A stretch of DNA of 64,000 nucleotides from Bacteroidales bacterium (GTDB taxonomy: Bacteria > Bacteroidota > Bacteroidia > Bacteroidales > UBA932), in the NCBI GenBank assembly GCA_017400135.1, contig JAFPVJ010000022.1:20433-84432 (forward strand). Reading direction: 5' to 3'. Below, one piece after another: positions 1-9,900 of this stretch (position 1 is its first letter; each line of letters opens with the position of its first letter). The notes beneath the pieces were generated by a model that worked only from the letters and a program-made list of their open reading frames with translations, had not been told where the DNA came from and searched no databases. The position numbers and the translations under genes are program-made.

Positions 1-90
1 TTAGCACATCGCACCGCTACAACCTCCTACCCTTGCTACCTTCCGGTCCTGGGGGAGTTCAGAGGGAGCTGGTCGTGTACGACTTTCCCG
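1..90 (-). ncRNA. ffs: Signal recognition particle RNA (small bacterial SRP/4.5S), 3' end cut by the window edge
   Basis: Reverse complement reads GGGAAAGTCG...CCCCAGGACCGGAAGGTAGCAAGGGTAGG, matching the SRP helix-8 motif CAGGnCCGGAAGGnAGCA; a -7 promoter element lies directly upstream. Confidence 0.9.
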
Positions 91-94
91 TCGG

Positions 95-102
95 CAAAGT
101 TA
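95..102 (-). promoter_or_regulatory. Bacteroidetes sigma -7 element (TAACTTTG) for ffs
   Basis: caaagtta on + is TAnnTTTG on -, about 5 nt before the SRP RNA 5' end. Confidence 0.75.
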
Positions 103-119
103 GCAATTATTTCTGAAAA

Positions 120-593
120 TCAAATGCTGTCGAAGATCAGCGGCAGGATATCGTCCACCCGCTCGAACTTCCATACCTTATGGGCGCCGACCATGATGAC
201 CGACATCGGCTTGCCGGCCTTGGTCTGATATTGCGCCATCACCTGGCGGCAGGCGCCGCAAGGCGTGGCCGGCTGCTCCGTCAGGCGCGCGTAGACGCCG
301 CCTGCCAGCGCGATGCTGCGCATATCCTTGTCCGGATAGCGGGCGCCCGCCGCGAACATCGCCGTCCGCTCCGCGCAGAGCCCGGAAGGGAACGCCGCAT
401 TCTCCTGATTGGCACCGCGCACGATCTGCCCGTTGGACATCCGCACCGCAGCCCCGACGTGGAAATGGGAATAAGGGGCATACGCACCCTGCATCGCCTG
501 GATGGCCTCTCCCGCCAGTTCGCGGTCCTCGGCATTCAGTTCATCGATGGAAGCGTATTCCTCAAACGTGCACTTGATTTCTTTTTGCGTCAT
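120..593 (-). CDS. cdd: Cytidine deaminase
   Basis: AYAPYSHFHVGAA, NQENAAFPSGLCAER and PCGACRQ zinc motifs; start trimmed to ATG at 593 (MTQKE). Confidence 0.93.
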   Translation of the reverse strand: MTQKEIKCTFEEYASIDELNAEDRELAGEAIQAMQGAYAPYSHFHVGAAVRMSNGQIVRGANQENAAFPSGLCAERTAMFAAGARYPDKDMRSIALAGGVYARLTEQPATPCGACRQVMAQYQTKAGKPMSVIMVGAHKVWKFERVDDILPLIFDSI

Positions 594-641
594 CTTTTCG
601 AAAGTATGTGTACAAATGTAATAATTATTCCAATAAATCGT

Positions 642-649
642 TATTTTTG
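642..649 (+). promoter_or_regulatory. -7 element (TATTTTTG) for the lemA operon
   Basis: TAnnTTTG in AT-rich divergent intergenic DNA, 28 nt before ATG 677. Confidence 0.6.
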
Positions 650-676
650 TCTCTACAATCAATCCTACAAACGATT

Positions 677-1225
677 ATGACTATCTTAATTATCGTCGCC
701 ATCCTGGCGCTTCTGATCATCTGGGGTATTTCCGTACAGCGCACGCTCGTCAGCCAGGACGAGAAGTGCAAGAACGCCATGAGCCAGATCGGCGTACAGC
801 AGACCAGCCGCTGGGATGCCCTCACGGCCCTCGCCGAGCTCGTCAAGTCTTACAACGAGCACGAGTACAACACCATCAAGGACGTCATCGCCCAGCGTGC
901 GATCATCAATTCCGGCAGTTCGGCCGCCGATGCCGATGCGCAGGAGAACATGATCACCCAGGCCCTCGGCAGGATCATCGCCGTCGCCGAGCAGTATCCG
1001 GACCTCAAGGCCAACGAGAACTACGCCAAGACCATGGAAAGCGTCAACCTGTATGAGAATCAGGTCCGTATGAGCCGCATGGTCTACAACGACACCGTCA
1101 CCGTCTTCAACCGGGAGGTGCGCCAGTTCCCGACCAACCTCATCGCCAAGCTCCTGGGCTTCGCCGAGAAGGAGTACCTCAAGGTCGAGGCCGCCAAGAC
1201 CGAGATGCCTTCAATGAAGATCTAG
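677..1225 (+). CDS. lemA: LemA family protein
   Basis: N-terminal TM helix, AEQYPDLKANENY and YNDTV..FN...RQFPTNLIA motifs; start at ATG 677. Confidence 0.92.
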   Translation: MTILIIVAILALLIIWGISVQRTLVSQDEKCKNAMSQIGVQQTSRWDALTALAELVKSYNEHEYNTIKDVIAQRAIINSGSSAADADAQENMITQALGRIIAVAEQYPDLKANENYAKTMESVNLYENQVRMSRMVYNDTVTVFNREVRQFPTNLIAKLLGFAEKEYLKVEAAKTEMPSMKI

Positions 1226-2887
1226 ATGAAACGTCTGGCCCTATTCCTGTTGTCGGCCTTTGCCGCCGTCGCCGCTTCGGCGGCTTCCCCGGCGGTAAAG
1301 AACATCGCCGTCACCCTGGATCTCAAGGCCGACGGCAGCGCCTTCGTCACCGAAGTCTGGGATGTCACCGTGACGTCCGGCACCGAGTGGTACCTCGTCA
1401 AGGAGAATCTCGACCAGATCCGCATCTACGACCTGGCCGTCACGGACGAGACGGGACGCGCGTTCACCAATGTCGGAGCCTGGGACATCCATCGCACCAT
1501 TCAGCAGAAAGCCTACCAGTGCGGCATCGTTCAGAAGCGCGACGGCTGCGAGCTCTGCTGGGGCATTGGCAGCTACGGCGACCACCGCTTCACCGCGACC
1601 TATACGATGACGGACGTGATCGACGGCTACAGCGACTATGACGCCCTGCACCTGCAGCTGGTGTCACCCGAACTGTCGTCTTCGCCGCAGCACGTCGACG
1701 TGACCGTCCGTTCGGAGACGACGCCGTTCAGCACCATCAACACGCGCCTGTGGGGCTTCGGTTTCCCCGGAACGGCGGAATTCCGCGACGGGGAGCTGGT
1801 GATGGAGTCAACCAAGGCCCTCGGCAAGAAGAACTCCGTCGTCATCCTGCTCCGGCTCAACAAGGGCATCTACACCCCTGGCGTCAACCACTCCGAGGAA
1901 TTCGCCACCCATCTCGAGAAAGCGATGGAAGGCGCGTCCTACGACGATGACGAGAAGGAGCCTTCTTTCTGGCAGAAACTGCTTTCCATCCTGATGATGC
2001 TCATCACCACCGTCGGATGGATTCTTTTCCCGCTTCTCGCCATCATCGGCAGCCGCCTCCACAACCGTAAGAAGGTCCTCGGCTGCAAGATGGCTGACGT
2101 CAGCTGGTGCCGGGACATCCCGTTCGGCGGCAACATCCTCGAGGCCGACTATGTCCTCGGGGAGCTCGGCGAAGACAAGCAGAAGAATACGATCGCGGGT
2201 GCCATGATCCTGCGCATGATCTGGAACGGCAACCTCCTGGTCGGCAAGGACGCGAAGGACCGCATCGAGATCTCCTTCAACGACGCCAAGAGCCAGGACC
2301 ACTTCTCGGAAAGCGAGAAGGACCTCTATCAGATGATGAAGGAGGCCAGCGGTTCCGACTCCATCCTCCAATACAACGAGTTCTCGAAATGGTCCTCCAA
2401 GAACGTCACCAAAGTCAACAACTGGGTTACCAAGGTCAAGTCGGAGGGCAAGTCGGAACTGGGCGCCAACGGCTATCTGAAGGCTTCCAAGTTTACCGAG
2501 AGCGGCCAGGCGGAGGCCCGCAAGGTCGTGGGATTCCGCAAGTTCCTCGAGGACTTCACCATCATCGGTGAGCGCGCCTCCCAGGAAGTCGCCCTCTGGA
2601 ACGACTATCTCGTCTTCGCCTCCCTGTACGGCATCGCCGACAAGGTGGCCAAGGAACTGAAGGACATCAACCCGCAGGCCTTCGAGCAGATGATGGTCTA
2701 CGACTATCCGACCATGAACGACGTCGTGCGCATGACCCGCAACATGGGCAACTCCATTACCAACGCCCGTGCCCAGAGTCTCAGCAGCGGCAGTTTCAGC
2801 CCGTCCCGCGGCGGATTCGGCGGCTTCACCTCCATCGGAGGCGGAGGCGGCTTCCACGGCGGCGGATTCGGCGGCGGCAGCCGTTAA
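1226..2887 (+). CDS. DUF2207-family membrane protein
   Basis: Signal peptide, central TM segment, WNDYLVFASLYGIA and a Gly-rich GGGGFHGGGFGGGSR tail; typical lemA partner. Confidence 0.85.
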   Translation: MKRLALFLLSAFAAVAASAASPAVKNIAVTLDLKADGSAFVTEVWDVTVTSGTEWYLVKENLDQIRIYDLAVTDETGRAFTNVGAWDIHRTIQQKAYQCGIVQKRDGCELCWGIGSYGDHRFTATYTMTDVIDGYSDYDALHLQLVSPELSSSPQHVDVTVRSETTPFSTINTRLWGFGFPGTAEFRDGELVMESTKALGKKNSVVILLRLNKGIYTPGVNHSEEFATHLEKAMEGASYDDDEKEPSFWQKLLSILMMLITTVGWILFPLLAIIGSRLHNRKKVLGCKMADVSWCRDIPFGGNILEADYVLGELGEDKQKNTIAGAMILRMIWNGNLLVGKDAKDRIEISFNDAKSQDHFSESEKDLYQMMKEASGSDSILQYNEFSKWSSKNVTKVNNWVTKVKSEGKSELGANGYLKASKFTESGQAEARKVVGFRKFLEDFTIIGERASQEVALWNDYLVFASLYGIADKVAKELKDINPQAFEQMMVYDYPTMNDVVRMTRNMGNSITNARAQSLSSGSFSPSRGGFGGFTSIGGGGGFHGGGFGGGSR

Positions 2888-2894
2888 TATTTCC

Positions 2895-4304
2895 ATGAAA
2901 GTTTGCGTCGGCCTCTCCGGAGGCGTGGATTCCAGCGTCGCGGCCCTGTTGCTCAAACAGCAGGGCTACGACGTTCTTGCGATGTTCATGCAGAACTGGC
3001 ACGACGCAGACGCCACCCTCCACGGGGACTGCGAGTGGGAAGAGGACCGCTTCGTCGCGGAAATGGTCGCCCGCAAGATCGGCATCCCCTTCTATTTCAT
3101 CGACTTGAGCAAGGAGTACCGCCGGCGGGTCGTGGACTATATGTTCGACGAATACGCCCACGGCCGTACGCCCAACCCGGACGTGCTCTGCAACCGGGAG
3201 ATCAAGTTCGACGCCTTCCTGGAGGCGGCCCGCAAGCTCGGTGCCGACTGCGTCGCGACCGGGCATTACTGCCGGAAGGAAATGTTGGAAGGGCCGGACG
3301 GGCAGCCCGTGTACCGCCTGCTGGCCGGCGAGGATTCCAACAAGGACCAGAGCTATTTCCTCTGTCAGCTGACGCAGGAGCAACTCGCCCACACCCTTTT
3401 CCCCATCGGGGATCTGGACAAGGCGGAAGTGCGGCGCCTGGCCGCCGAGGCGGACCTGCCGTCCGCGGCCAAGAAGGATTCGCAGGGCATCTGCTTCGTG
3501 GGCAAGGTGGATCTGCCGACCTTCCTGAAGCAGAAGTTGCAGAGCGTGGAAGGAGACGTCATCGAGGTCTTCGACGCCTGGTACCAGGACAGCCCGGAAT
3601 ACCGCTGGAAATGCGCATGCCTGGAGGGCCTGACCGCCGACGGGGCCGCGCTCCGGATGGTCACGGATTACATCGGCGACAACGACGTCGTGCGTTCCGT
3701 CCACGGCGAGCCTGACCATGAGCGGGGCTGCGACCGGGCCGCGTCCGTCTATGATTTCGACAAGGTCCGGGCGCTGTCGGACGAAGAATTGCTGCGGCTT
3801 TCCACGCCCTTGAAGTATGACTTGCAGTTTGAGACGGAGACTTACCGCAGCGGCAAGCATCACGTAAAGAAAACCCGCTGGAAGGCGAATCCGTACGGGG
3901 TCATCGCCGGCCGGCACGAAGGGGCGCAGTTCTATACCGTGGGCCAGCGCAAGGGCTTGAACATCGGCGGACATGCCCTGCCCATTTTCGTCATCGCCAC
4001 GGACGTGGAGCGCAACCTCATCTTTGTCGGCGAAGGTCATTCCCACAAGGGTCTCTCCCGCCACTGCGCCCGCATCGCTCCGGACGAGATTCACTGGATC
4101 CGGGAGGACCTTCGGATGGCCCCCGGAGAGATCCGCCGCTACCGCGTGCGCATCCGTTACCGCCAGCCCCTGCAGGATGCCCTGCTGATCTGTCGGGAGG
4201 GCGGTTTGTTCATTCTGTTCGAGGAGCCGCAGCGCGGCATCACCCCCGGCCAGTTCGCCGCCTGGTACGACCGCGACGAACTCATCGGCAGCGGAGTTAT
4301 CTGA
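2895..4304 (+). CDS. mnmA: tRNA 2-thiouridine(34) synthase MnmA, with a large internal insert
   Basis: SGGVDS, TPNPDVLCNREIKF, ATGHY, KDQSYFL, DSQGICF, GQRKGL, TPGQ; start at ATG 2895. Confidence 0.95.
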   Translation: MKVCVGLSGGVDSSVAALLLKQQGYDVLAMFMQNWHDADATLHGDCEWEEDRFVAEMVARKIGIPFYFIDLSKEYRRRVVDYMFDEYAHGRTPNPDVLCNREIKFDAFLEAARKLGADCVATGHYCRKEMLEGPDGQPVYRLLAGEDSNKDQSYFLCQLTQEQLAHTLFPIGDLDKAEVRRLAAEADLPSAAKKDSQGICFVGKVDLPTFLKQKLQSVEGDVIEVFDAWYQDSPEYRWKCACLEGLTADGAALRMVTDYIGDNDVVRSVHGEPDHERGCDRAASVYDFDKVRALSDEELLRLSTPLKYDLQFETETYRSGKHHVKKTRWKANPYGVIAGRHEGAQFYTVGQRKGLNIGGHALPIFVIATDVERNLIFVGEGHSHKGLSRHCARIAPDEIHWIREDLRMAPGEIRRYRVRIRYRQPLQDALLICREGGLFILFEEPQRGITPGQFAAWYDRDELIGSGVI

Positions 4305-5859
4305 TTCTTTCTTTTATTTTTCCCGCGCAGCGTATGCCATCTATCGCCGACGAAACGATACCGCCGGCATATCCGGCGCCTTCCCCGCAGGGATAGAGCC
4401 CGGGGACGGACAGCGATTCCAAAGTCTCTGGGTCCCGCGGGATGCGGATCGGCGAAGAAGTGCGCGACTCCACGCCCAGCAGCAAAGCATCGTTGGTATA
4501 ATAGCCGTGGATCTTCCGGTCCACCGCAGGGAAGGCGAGCCGCATCCTCCGGTAGACGAAGTCCGGCAGCAACTCGTGCAACGGTGCTGACAGGGCACCC
4601 GGGAAATAAGAGGTCGCCGGCAGACTGGCGGACACGACGCCCCGGCAGAAATCCTTCATCCGCTGCGCCGGCGCCGCCAGAGGATGCGAAGCCCCGTGGG
4701 ACGAAGCCCAGGCGTACATCCGTCGCTCCACGTCCCGCTGGAAATCCATCACGGAGAACACCCCCGAAACGGCATACTCCGAAGGAATATCTTCCGGCTC
4801 GATCTGCACCACCACGCCGGCATTGGCCCATTTGGAATTGCGCGACGAATTGGACATGCCGTTCAGCACCACGGTCTGGGGTTCCGTCGAGGAAGGCACC
4901 AGGATGCCGCCCGGACACATGCAGAAGGAAAAGACACCCCGGCCGTCCACCTGCTCCACGAAACTGTATTCAGCTGCCGGCATCCCCGGCCACTGACGGC
5001 CGTGGTAGCGGGCGCTGTTGATCAGGTGCTGCGGATGCTCCACCCGCACGCCCAGCGCAAAGCCCTTCGGCTGCAGGTCCCAGCCGCGACGCGCAAACAA
5101 TTCGTAAATATCCCTCGCCGAATGGCCGGTCGCCAGGATGACACTGCGGCCCCGGAATTGGGTTCCGGACTGCGCCGTAACGATGAAACCGCCGTCTTCC
5201 GACCGCTCGATATCCGTCACCCGCGTGTCGAAATGGTACTCTCCCCCGTGGGCCACGATGCATTCCCGGATCCGCTCCACCACCACCGGCAATTTGTCGG
5301 AACCGATGTGCGGATGGGCGTCGGTGAGGATTTCCTCCGACGCGCCGAATGCGACCAGCTGATACAGGACCTCACGGATATCTCCCCGCTTGGAAGAGCG
5401 GGTGAACAGTTTCCCGTCGGAAAAGGCCCCGGCTCCCCCTTCGCCATAGCAATAGTTCGAGTCCGGATCCACGGCGCCCGTCCGGGACAGCGACGCCATG
5501 TCCGTCTTGCGGCGGTGGACGTCCTTGCCCCTTTCGAGGATCACCGGCTTCAGTCCGAGCGTCAGCAGTTTCAGCGCGGCAAAAAGGCCCGCCGGACCCG
5601 CGCCCACGACGATAACCGCCGGCGCCTCGCCGACTTCCCGATAGGGCTCCAGGCGATAGGGTTCAAATGATTCGGAAGGGCCGTAGGCCTCGATCCGGTA
5701 ACGCCAGACCACATCCTTGCGCGCATCCAGCGAACGCTTCACGACCACGCAGCGCACCTCGGCCGTCCTGGGCAGGCCCAGTTGCCGACGGGCTTCGGCG
5801 CCCATCTGCTCTTCGGTCAGCGCCCGGCCGACCGGCACGACGATCTCGATCTCTTTCAT
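4297..5859 (-). CDS. FAD/NAD(P)-dependent oxidoreductase (uncharacterised family)
   Basis: GAGPAG Rossmann motif, GEGGAGAFSDGKL, FCMCPGG, GEGAGYAGGIVS. Confidence 0.88.
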   Translation of the reverse strand: MKEIEIVVPVGRALTEEQMGAEARRQLGLPRTAEVRCVVVKRSLDARKDVVWRYRIEAYGPSESFEPYRLEPYREVGEAPAVIVVGAGPAGLFAALKLLTLGLKPVILERGKDVHRRKTDMASLSRTGAVDPDSNYCYGEGGAGAFSDGKLFTRSSKRGDIREVLYQLVAFGASEEILTDAHPHIGSDKLPVVVERIRECIVAHGGEYHFDTRVTDIERSEDGGFIVTAQSGTQFRGRSVILATGHSARDIYELFARRGWDLQPKGFALGVRVEHPQHLINSARYHGRQWPGMPAAEYSFVEQVDGRGVFSFCMCPGGILVPSSTEPQTVVLNGMSNSSRNSKWANAGVVVQIEPEDIPSEYAVSGVFSVMDFQRDVERRMYAWASSHGASHPLAAPAQRMKDFCRGVVSASLPATSYFPGALSAPLHELLPDFVYRRMRLAFPAVDRKIHGYYTNDALLLGVESRTSSPIRIPRDPETLESLSVPGLYPCGEGAGYAGGIVSSAIDGIRCAGKIKERIR

Positions 5860-5871
5860 GGCAGGTATCAG

Positions 5872-6894
5872 CTAAAACTCGGAAACCCGGGATACCGGAG
5901 CGACGTCCAGCGGGCAGCGCTCCCCGGCCAGATAGTGGAAATAGCCGGCGATGGCGATCATCGCCGCATTGTCGGTCGTGAATTTGAACGCGGGCAGATA
6001 AGTGTTCCAGCCCCGCTTCTTTCCCTCAGAGAGGATGCGCGAACGCAGGCCGCTGTTGGCCGACACGCCGCCGCCGACCGCGATCTCCTTGATGCCCGTC
6101 TGCTTCGAGGCCTTGACAAGCTTGTCCATCAGGATGTCGATCAGGGTCTTCTGGAAAGAGGCGCAGAGGTCTTCCTTGTTGTTCTCCAGGAAGCCGGGAT
6201 CCTTCGCCATCTCGTCCCGGACGAAGTACAGCAGCGAAGTCTTGATCCCGCTGAAACTGTAGTCCAGGCCCGGAATGTGCGGCTTGGCGAACTTGAAACG
6301 GAGCGGGTCGCCGGACTGCGCCAGCCGGTCGATGACCGGGCCGCCGGGATAGCCCAGGCCGAGCATCTTGGAGCATTTGTCGAAGGCCTCCCCCACCGCA
6401 TCGTCGATGGTCTGACCCAGAATCTCAAACTCCAGCGGACTGTCCACCCGGACGATCTGGGAGTTGCCGCCGGAGACCAGCAGGCAGAGGAACGGGAAGG
6501 AAGGCTGGCGGTTTTCCTGCCCCTCTTCTTTCACGAAGCCGGCCAGAATGTGGCCCTGCAGGTGGTTGACCATCACCAACGGGATGCCTAAAGACAAAGA
6601 CAGCGACTTGGCGAACGAAGTCCCCACCAGGAGCGAACCGAGCAGGCCCGGGCCCCGGGTGAAGGCGATGGCCGTCAGTTCTTCCTTGGATACGCCGGCC
6701 TGCTTCAGGGCCTCGCTGACCACGGGGACGATGTTGAGCTCGTGGGCCCGGGAAGCGAGTTCCGGCACGACGCCGCCGAAACGGCGGTGTACGTCCTGGC
6801 TGGCAATCACGTTGGACAGCAGCCACCCGTCTCGGATGACGGCCGCGGAAGTGTCGTCGCAGGAGGATTCGATTCCCAAAATGATATCTGCCAT
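5872..6894 (-). CDS. tsaD: tRNA t6A37 threonylcarbamoyltransferase TsaD
   Basis: ILGIESSCDDT, GGVVPELASRAH, NHLQGH, DDAVGEAFDK, TDNAAMIA; start at ATG 6894. Confidence 0.96.
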   Translation of the reverse strand: MADIILGIESSCDDTSAAVIRDGWLLSNVIASQDVHRRFGGVVPELASRAHELNIVPVVSEALKQAGVSKEELTAIAFTRGPGLLGSLLVGTSFAKSLSLSLGIPLVMVNHLQGHILAGFVKEEGQENRQPSFPFLCLLVSGGNSQIVRVDSPLEFEILGQTIDDAVGEAFDKCSKMLGLGYPGGPVIDRLAQSGDPLRFKFAKPHIPGLDYSFSGIKTSLLYFVRDEMAKDPGFLENNKEDLCASFQKTLIDILMDKLVKASKQTGIKEIAVGGGVSANSGLRSRILSEGKKRGWNTYLPAFKFTTDNAAMIAIAGYFHYLAGERCPLDVAPVSRVSEF

Positions 6895-6923
6895 GGTGCG
6901 GTCGAAAAATGCCTTTTCGCCCG

Positions 6924-6962
6924 CAAAGATAGCAATAATTGGCATAATATTTATTATCTTTG
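6924..6962. promoter_or_regulatory. Back-to-back divergent -7 elements for tsaD (6924-6931, -) and the tamB-like gene (6955-6962, +)
   Basis: caaagata and tatctttg, both TATCTTTG, in the AT-rich spacer. Confidence 0.7.
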
Positions 6963-6988
6963 TATAATGCATCAATAGGTCCTGAGCC

Positions 6989-9900
6989 ATCGCAAAGTCC
7001 AAACATATCGTCCCGCGCATCCTGGCCGCGCTGCTGCTCCTGCTCCTGGCGGGAGGAGTGTTGCTGCAGTCTCCGCGGGTCCAGACCGCCCTGGCCCGGA
7101 ACCTGGCCGCCCGGCTCAACGAAGGCATCGACGGCGAACTGACCATCGGCCGCGTGCAGGTCCTCCCTTTCAAGACCCTGATCCTGCGGGATGTGGTCCT
7201 GACCGACAACGACCCGCTCTCCACCTCCTTCTTCGAGCCCCGGGACACCATCGCCCGCATCGGGATCGCGACCGTTTCCTTCTCGCTCAAGGGCCTGACC
7301 GGCAAGAAACCCGTCACCCTGGACAAGGTCGTCGTCCGCGACGGCAAGCTCAACCTCGTCACGGAAGACCATCACAAGACCAATCTCAAACGCGTCTTCC
7401 ATCTGTCGGAGCCCAAGCCGCTGGAGGACAAGGGCGATGTCCTGCGGATCAAGCGGATCGAGGCCCGCAACTTCAATTTCACCCTTTCCAACGCCCTTGG
7501 CAAAAAAAAGCCCAAGGGGCATCCCGGAATCAACTGGGCAGACCTGGATCTGAAGGCGGACGCCAAGGCGCACGACTTCCACATCACCGGCGGCAAGATC
7601 GGGGGCATCCTGGATGACGCCCGGGCCAAGGAAAAGTCCGGGTATTCCTTCCGCAACACCAAGGGAAAGGTGGAAGTCAGCCGCGGAAAGGTCCAGATCA
7701 ACGATTTCGAACTGACCGACGCCGAGAGCCATCTGAACGTCCCCCTCTTCAGGATGACGTTCGATGACTATCGTTCCTGGGACCATTTCGTCGATGATGT
7801 GACGTTGGAAGCCCAATTGAGGAATTCCCATCTCGGCAGCGGCACGCTGACCGGATTCACGGGCGCACGCATGCCCAAGCTGGAGGCCGACATCAGCAAG
7901 GCCCACTTCCTCGGCACGGTCAACGATTTCGACCTCAGTTCGTTCTCTTTCCGCGAAAAGAGCGGCATCTCCGGCGGTCTCAACGGCAAGGTCAGCGGCA
8001 TCACGCATCCCGCCGACAGCTACATCGACGCCCGCATCCAAGACTTGCAGTTCACCACCGCCGCCCTGGGTAAAATCATCGAATCGGTCGCTCCCGGCAA
8101 GGGATCGGCCATCAGCAAATATGCCCCGGGCGAGCCGTTCGTCCTCGACGGCAAACTCTCCGGTCCAGCCAGGGATCTCTCGCTCACCTGCGACCTGTCC
8201 TCCCCTTCCGGCGGCCTCAGCGGCTCGGTCAAGGCCCGCGACCTGCTGGAAAAAGATCTTCCCTCCCGTCTCAGCGGCTCGATCGCCGTAAACAATTTCG
8301 ACATCGGCGGCCTGCTGGGCACGGACGAGGTGAAGGAATGCACCCTGCGGACGTGGATGGACGCCAGCCTGGGCAAGGGCGGAGTCAAGCTGGGCATCGA
8401 CTCCCTCCACATCGACAAGGCCGTCATCCACGGCTACGAATACAGCAACATCGCGGGCGCCGGCACCTACAAGGACGACACGTTCAACGGGCGCGTCGTG
8501 TGCTCCGATCCCAACCTTAATTTCCTGTTCCAGGGCCTGGTCAACCTCTCCCCCAAGAACCGCAACGCCCTGTACAAGTTCTATTTCAATCTGGGATACG
8601 CTGACCTCAACGCCCTGGGGCTGGACAAGCGCGGGCCGTCCAAGGCGTCCCTGGCCGTCAATGCCAATTTCACCAAGACCGGCAAGGACAACATTCTCGG
8701 CGACGTCGACATCCGGAACGTCAGGCTCGAGAACCAGGAAGGGCCGCACGACATCGGGGACATATCCATCCGGTCCTTCGATTCCAATGAAAAGCAGCGG
8801 CTGACGCTCAATTCCGCCTTCGCGGATGCGAGTTACACCGGCACGCTGCCCGTCACCCGCTTTATCAAGGCCCTGGCTGACGCCACCCTCGGGCGCGAGC
8901 TGCCCGCCCTGAGCGGGAAAGGCACATCGGACACCCCGAGTTCCGAAGAGGGCCGCATCACGCTCAAGACCTACGATACGCGCGACCTGCTCTCCTTCGT
9001 GCTGCCTGGTCTGTATATCGCCGACGGCACGACGATGAACCTCCGTCTCAAAGAAGACGGGACGCTTTCATCTGACCTCAAGTCGCAGCGTATCGCCTTC
9101 AAGGACAAGTACATCAAGAACCTCGGCCTCCGGGCGACGGATGACGGAGAACAGCTGCTCTGCGACCTTACGGGCGAAGAATTGAGCGCGGCTGTCAAAC
9201 TGCTGGGCAATGCCCTGCAGATCCGTGCGGACGACAACCGCGTCGACCTGTCGTTCGGATTTGACAATCCAGGAGAACAGGAGAGCAACGGCACGATCCG
9301 GCTCGCCTGCGATCTCGACCGGGATGCGGACCGGCAGCTGACCTACGACATCCACGTCCTTCCCTCCGAAGTGGTTATCGGCGGCGAGAGATGGGGCGTC
9401 GACTCCACGGACATCAGCGTCCGCCAGACCGGCGTGAAGGTCCCCGAGTTCGTCCTTCGCAACGGCGATCAGCGCATGGAAGTCCGGGGCGGGGTCTCCC
9501 AGAAAGGACGGGACACCCTTTCCGTGGATCTCAACCGCTTCAACCTGGAGCCCCTGAAAGCCCTCCTGCCTTCCCTACCGGACCTCAGCGGCTTCGTCAG
9601 CGGCCGGGCCCGGCTCGTCTCCCCGGTCACCAAAGACCGGCTCGACCTAGATGCCGACCTCACGGCCACGGAGACGACGGTCAGCGGCTATGACGCAGGG
9701 ACCCTGCATCTGCTGGGACTCTGGAGCAACGAAAACAAGGAGATGACCTTCTCCCTCCAGGATGAGATCGGAGACCAGACCACGCTGTTTGCCAACGGAA
9801 GTTACCGTCCTTCCAACCGCCAGCTCAAGGCGAGGGCCCGTCTCGACAGCCTGCAGGCGGGTTATGCCAGCGGATTCCTGAAGACTGTTTTCAGCAAGAT

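Noticed and set aside
2780-2887. GGC-rich repetitive DNA at the end of the DUF2207 gene
   Set aside because: Explained by the family's normal Gly-rich C-terminus.
3570-3894. MnmA insert as an intein
   Set aside because: No Cys/Ser N-terminal block and no His-Asn followed by Cys/Ser/Thr at the boundary.
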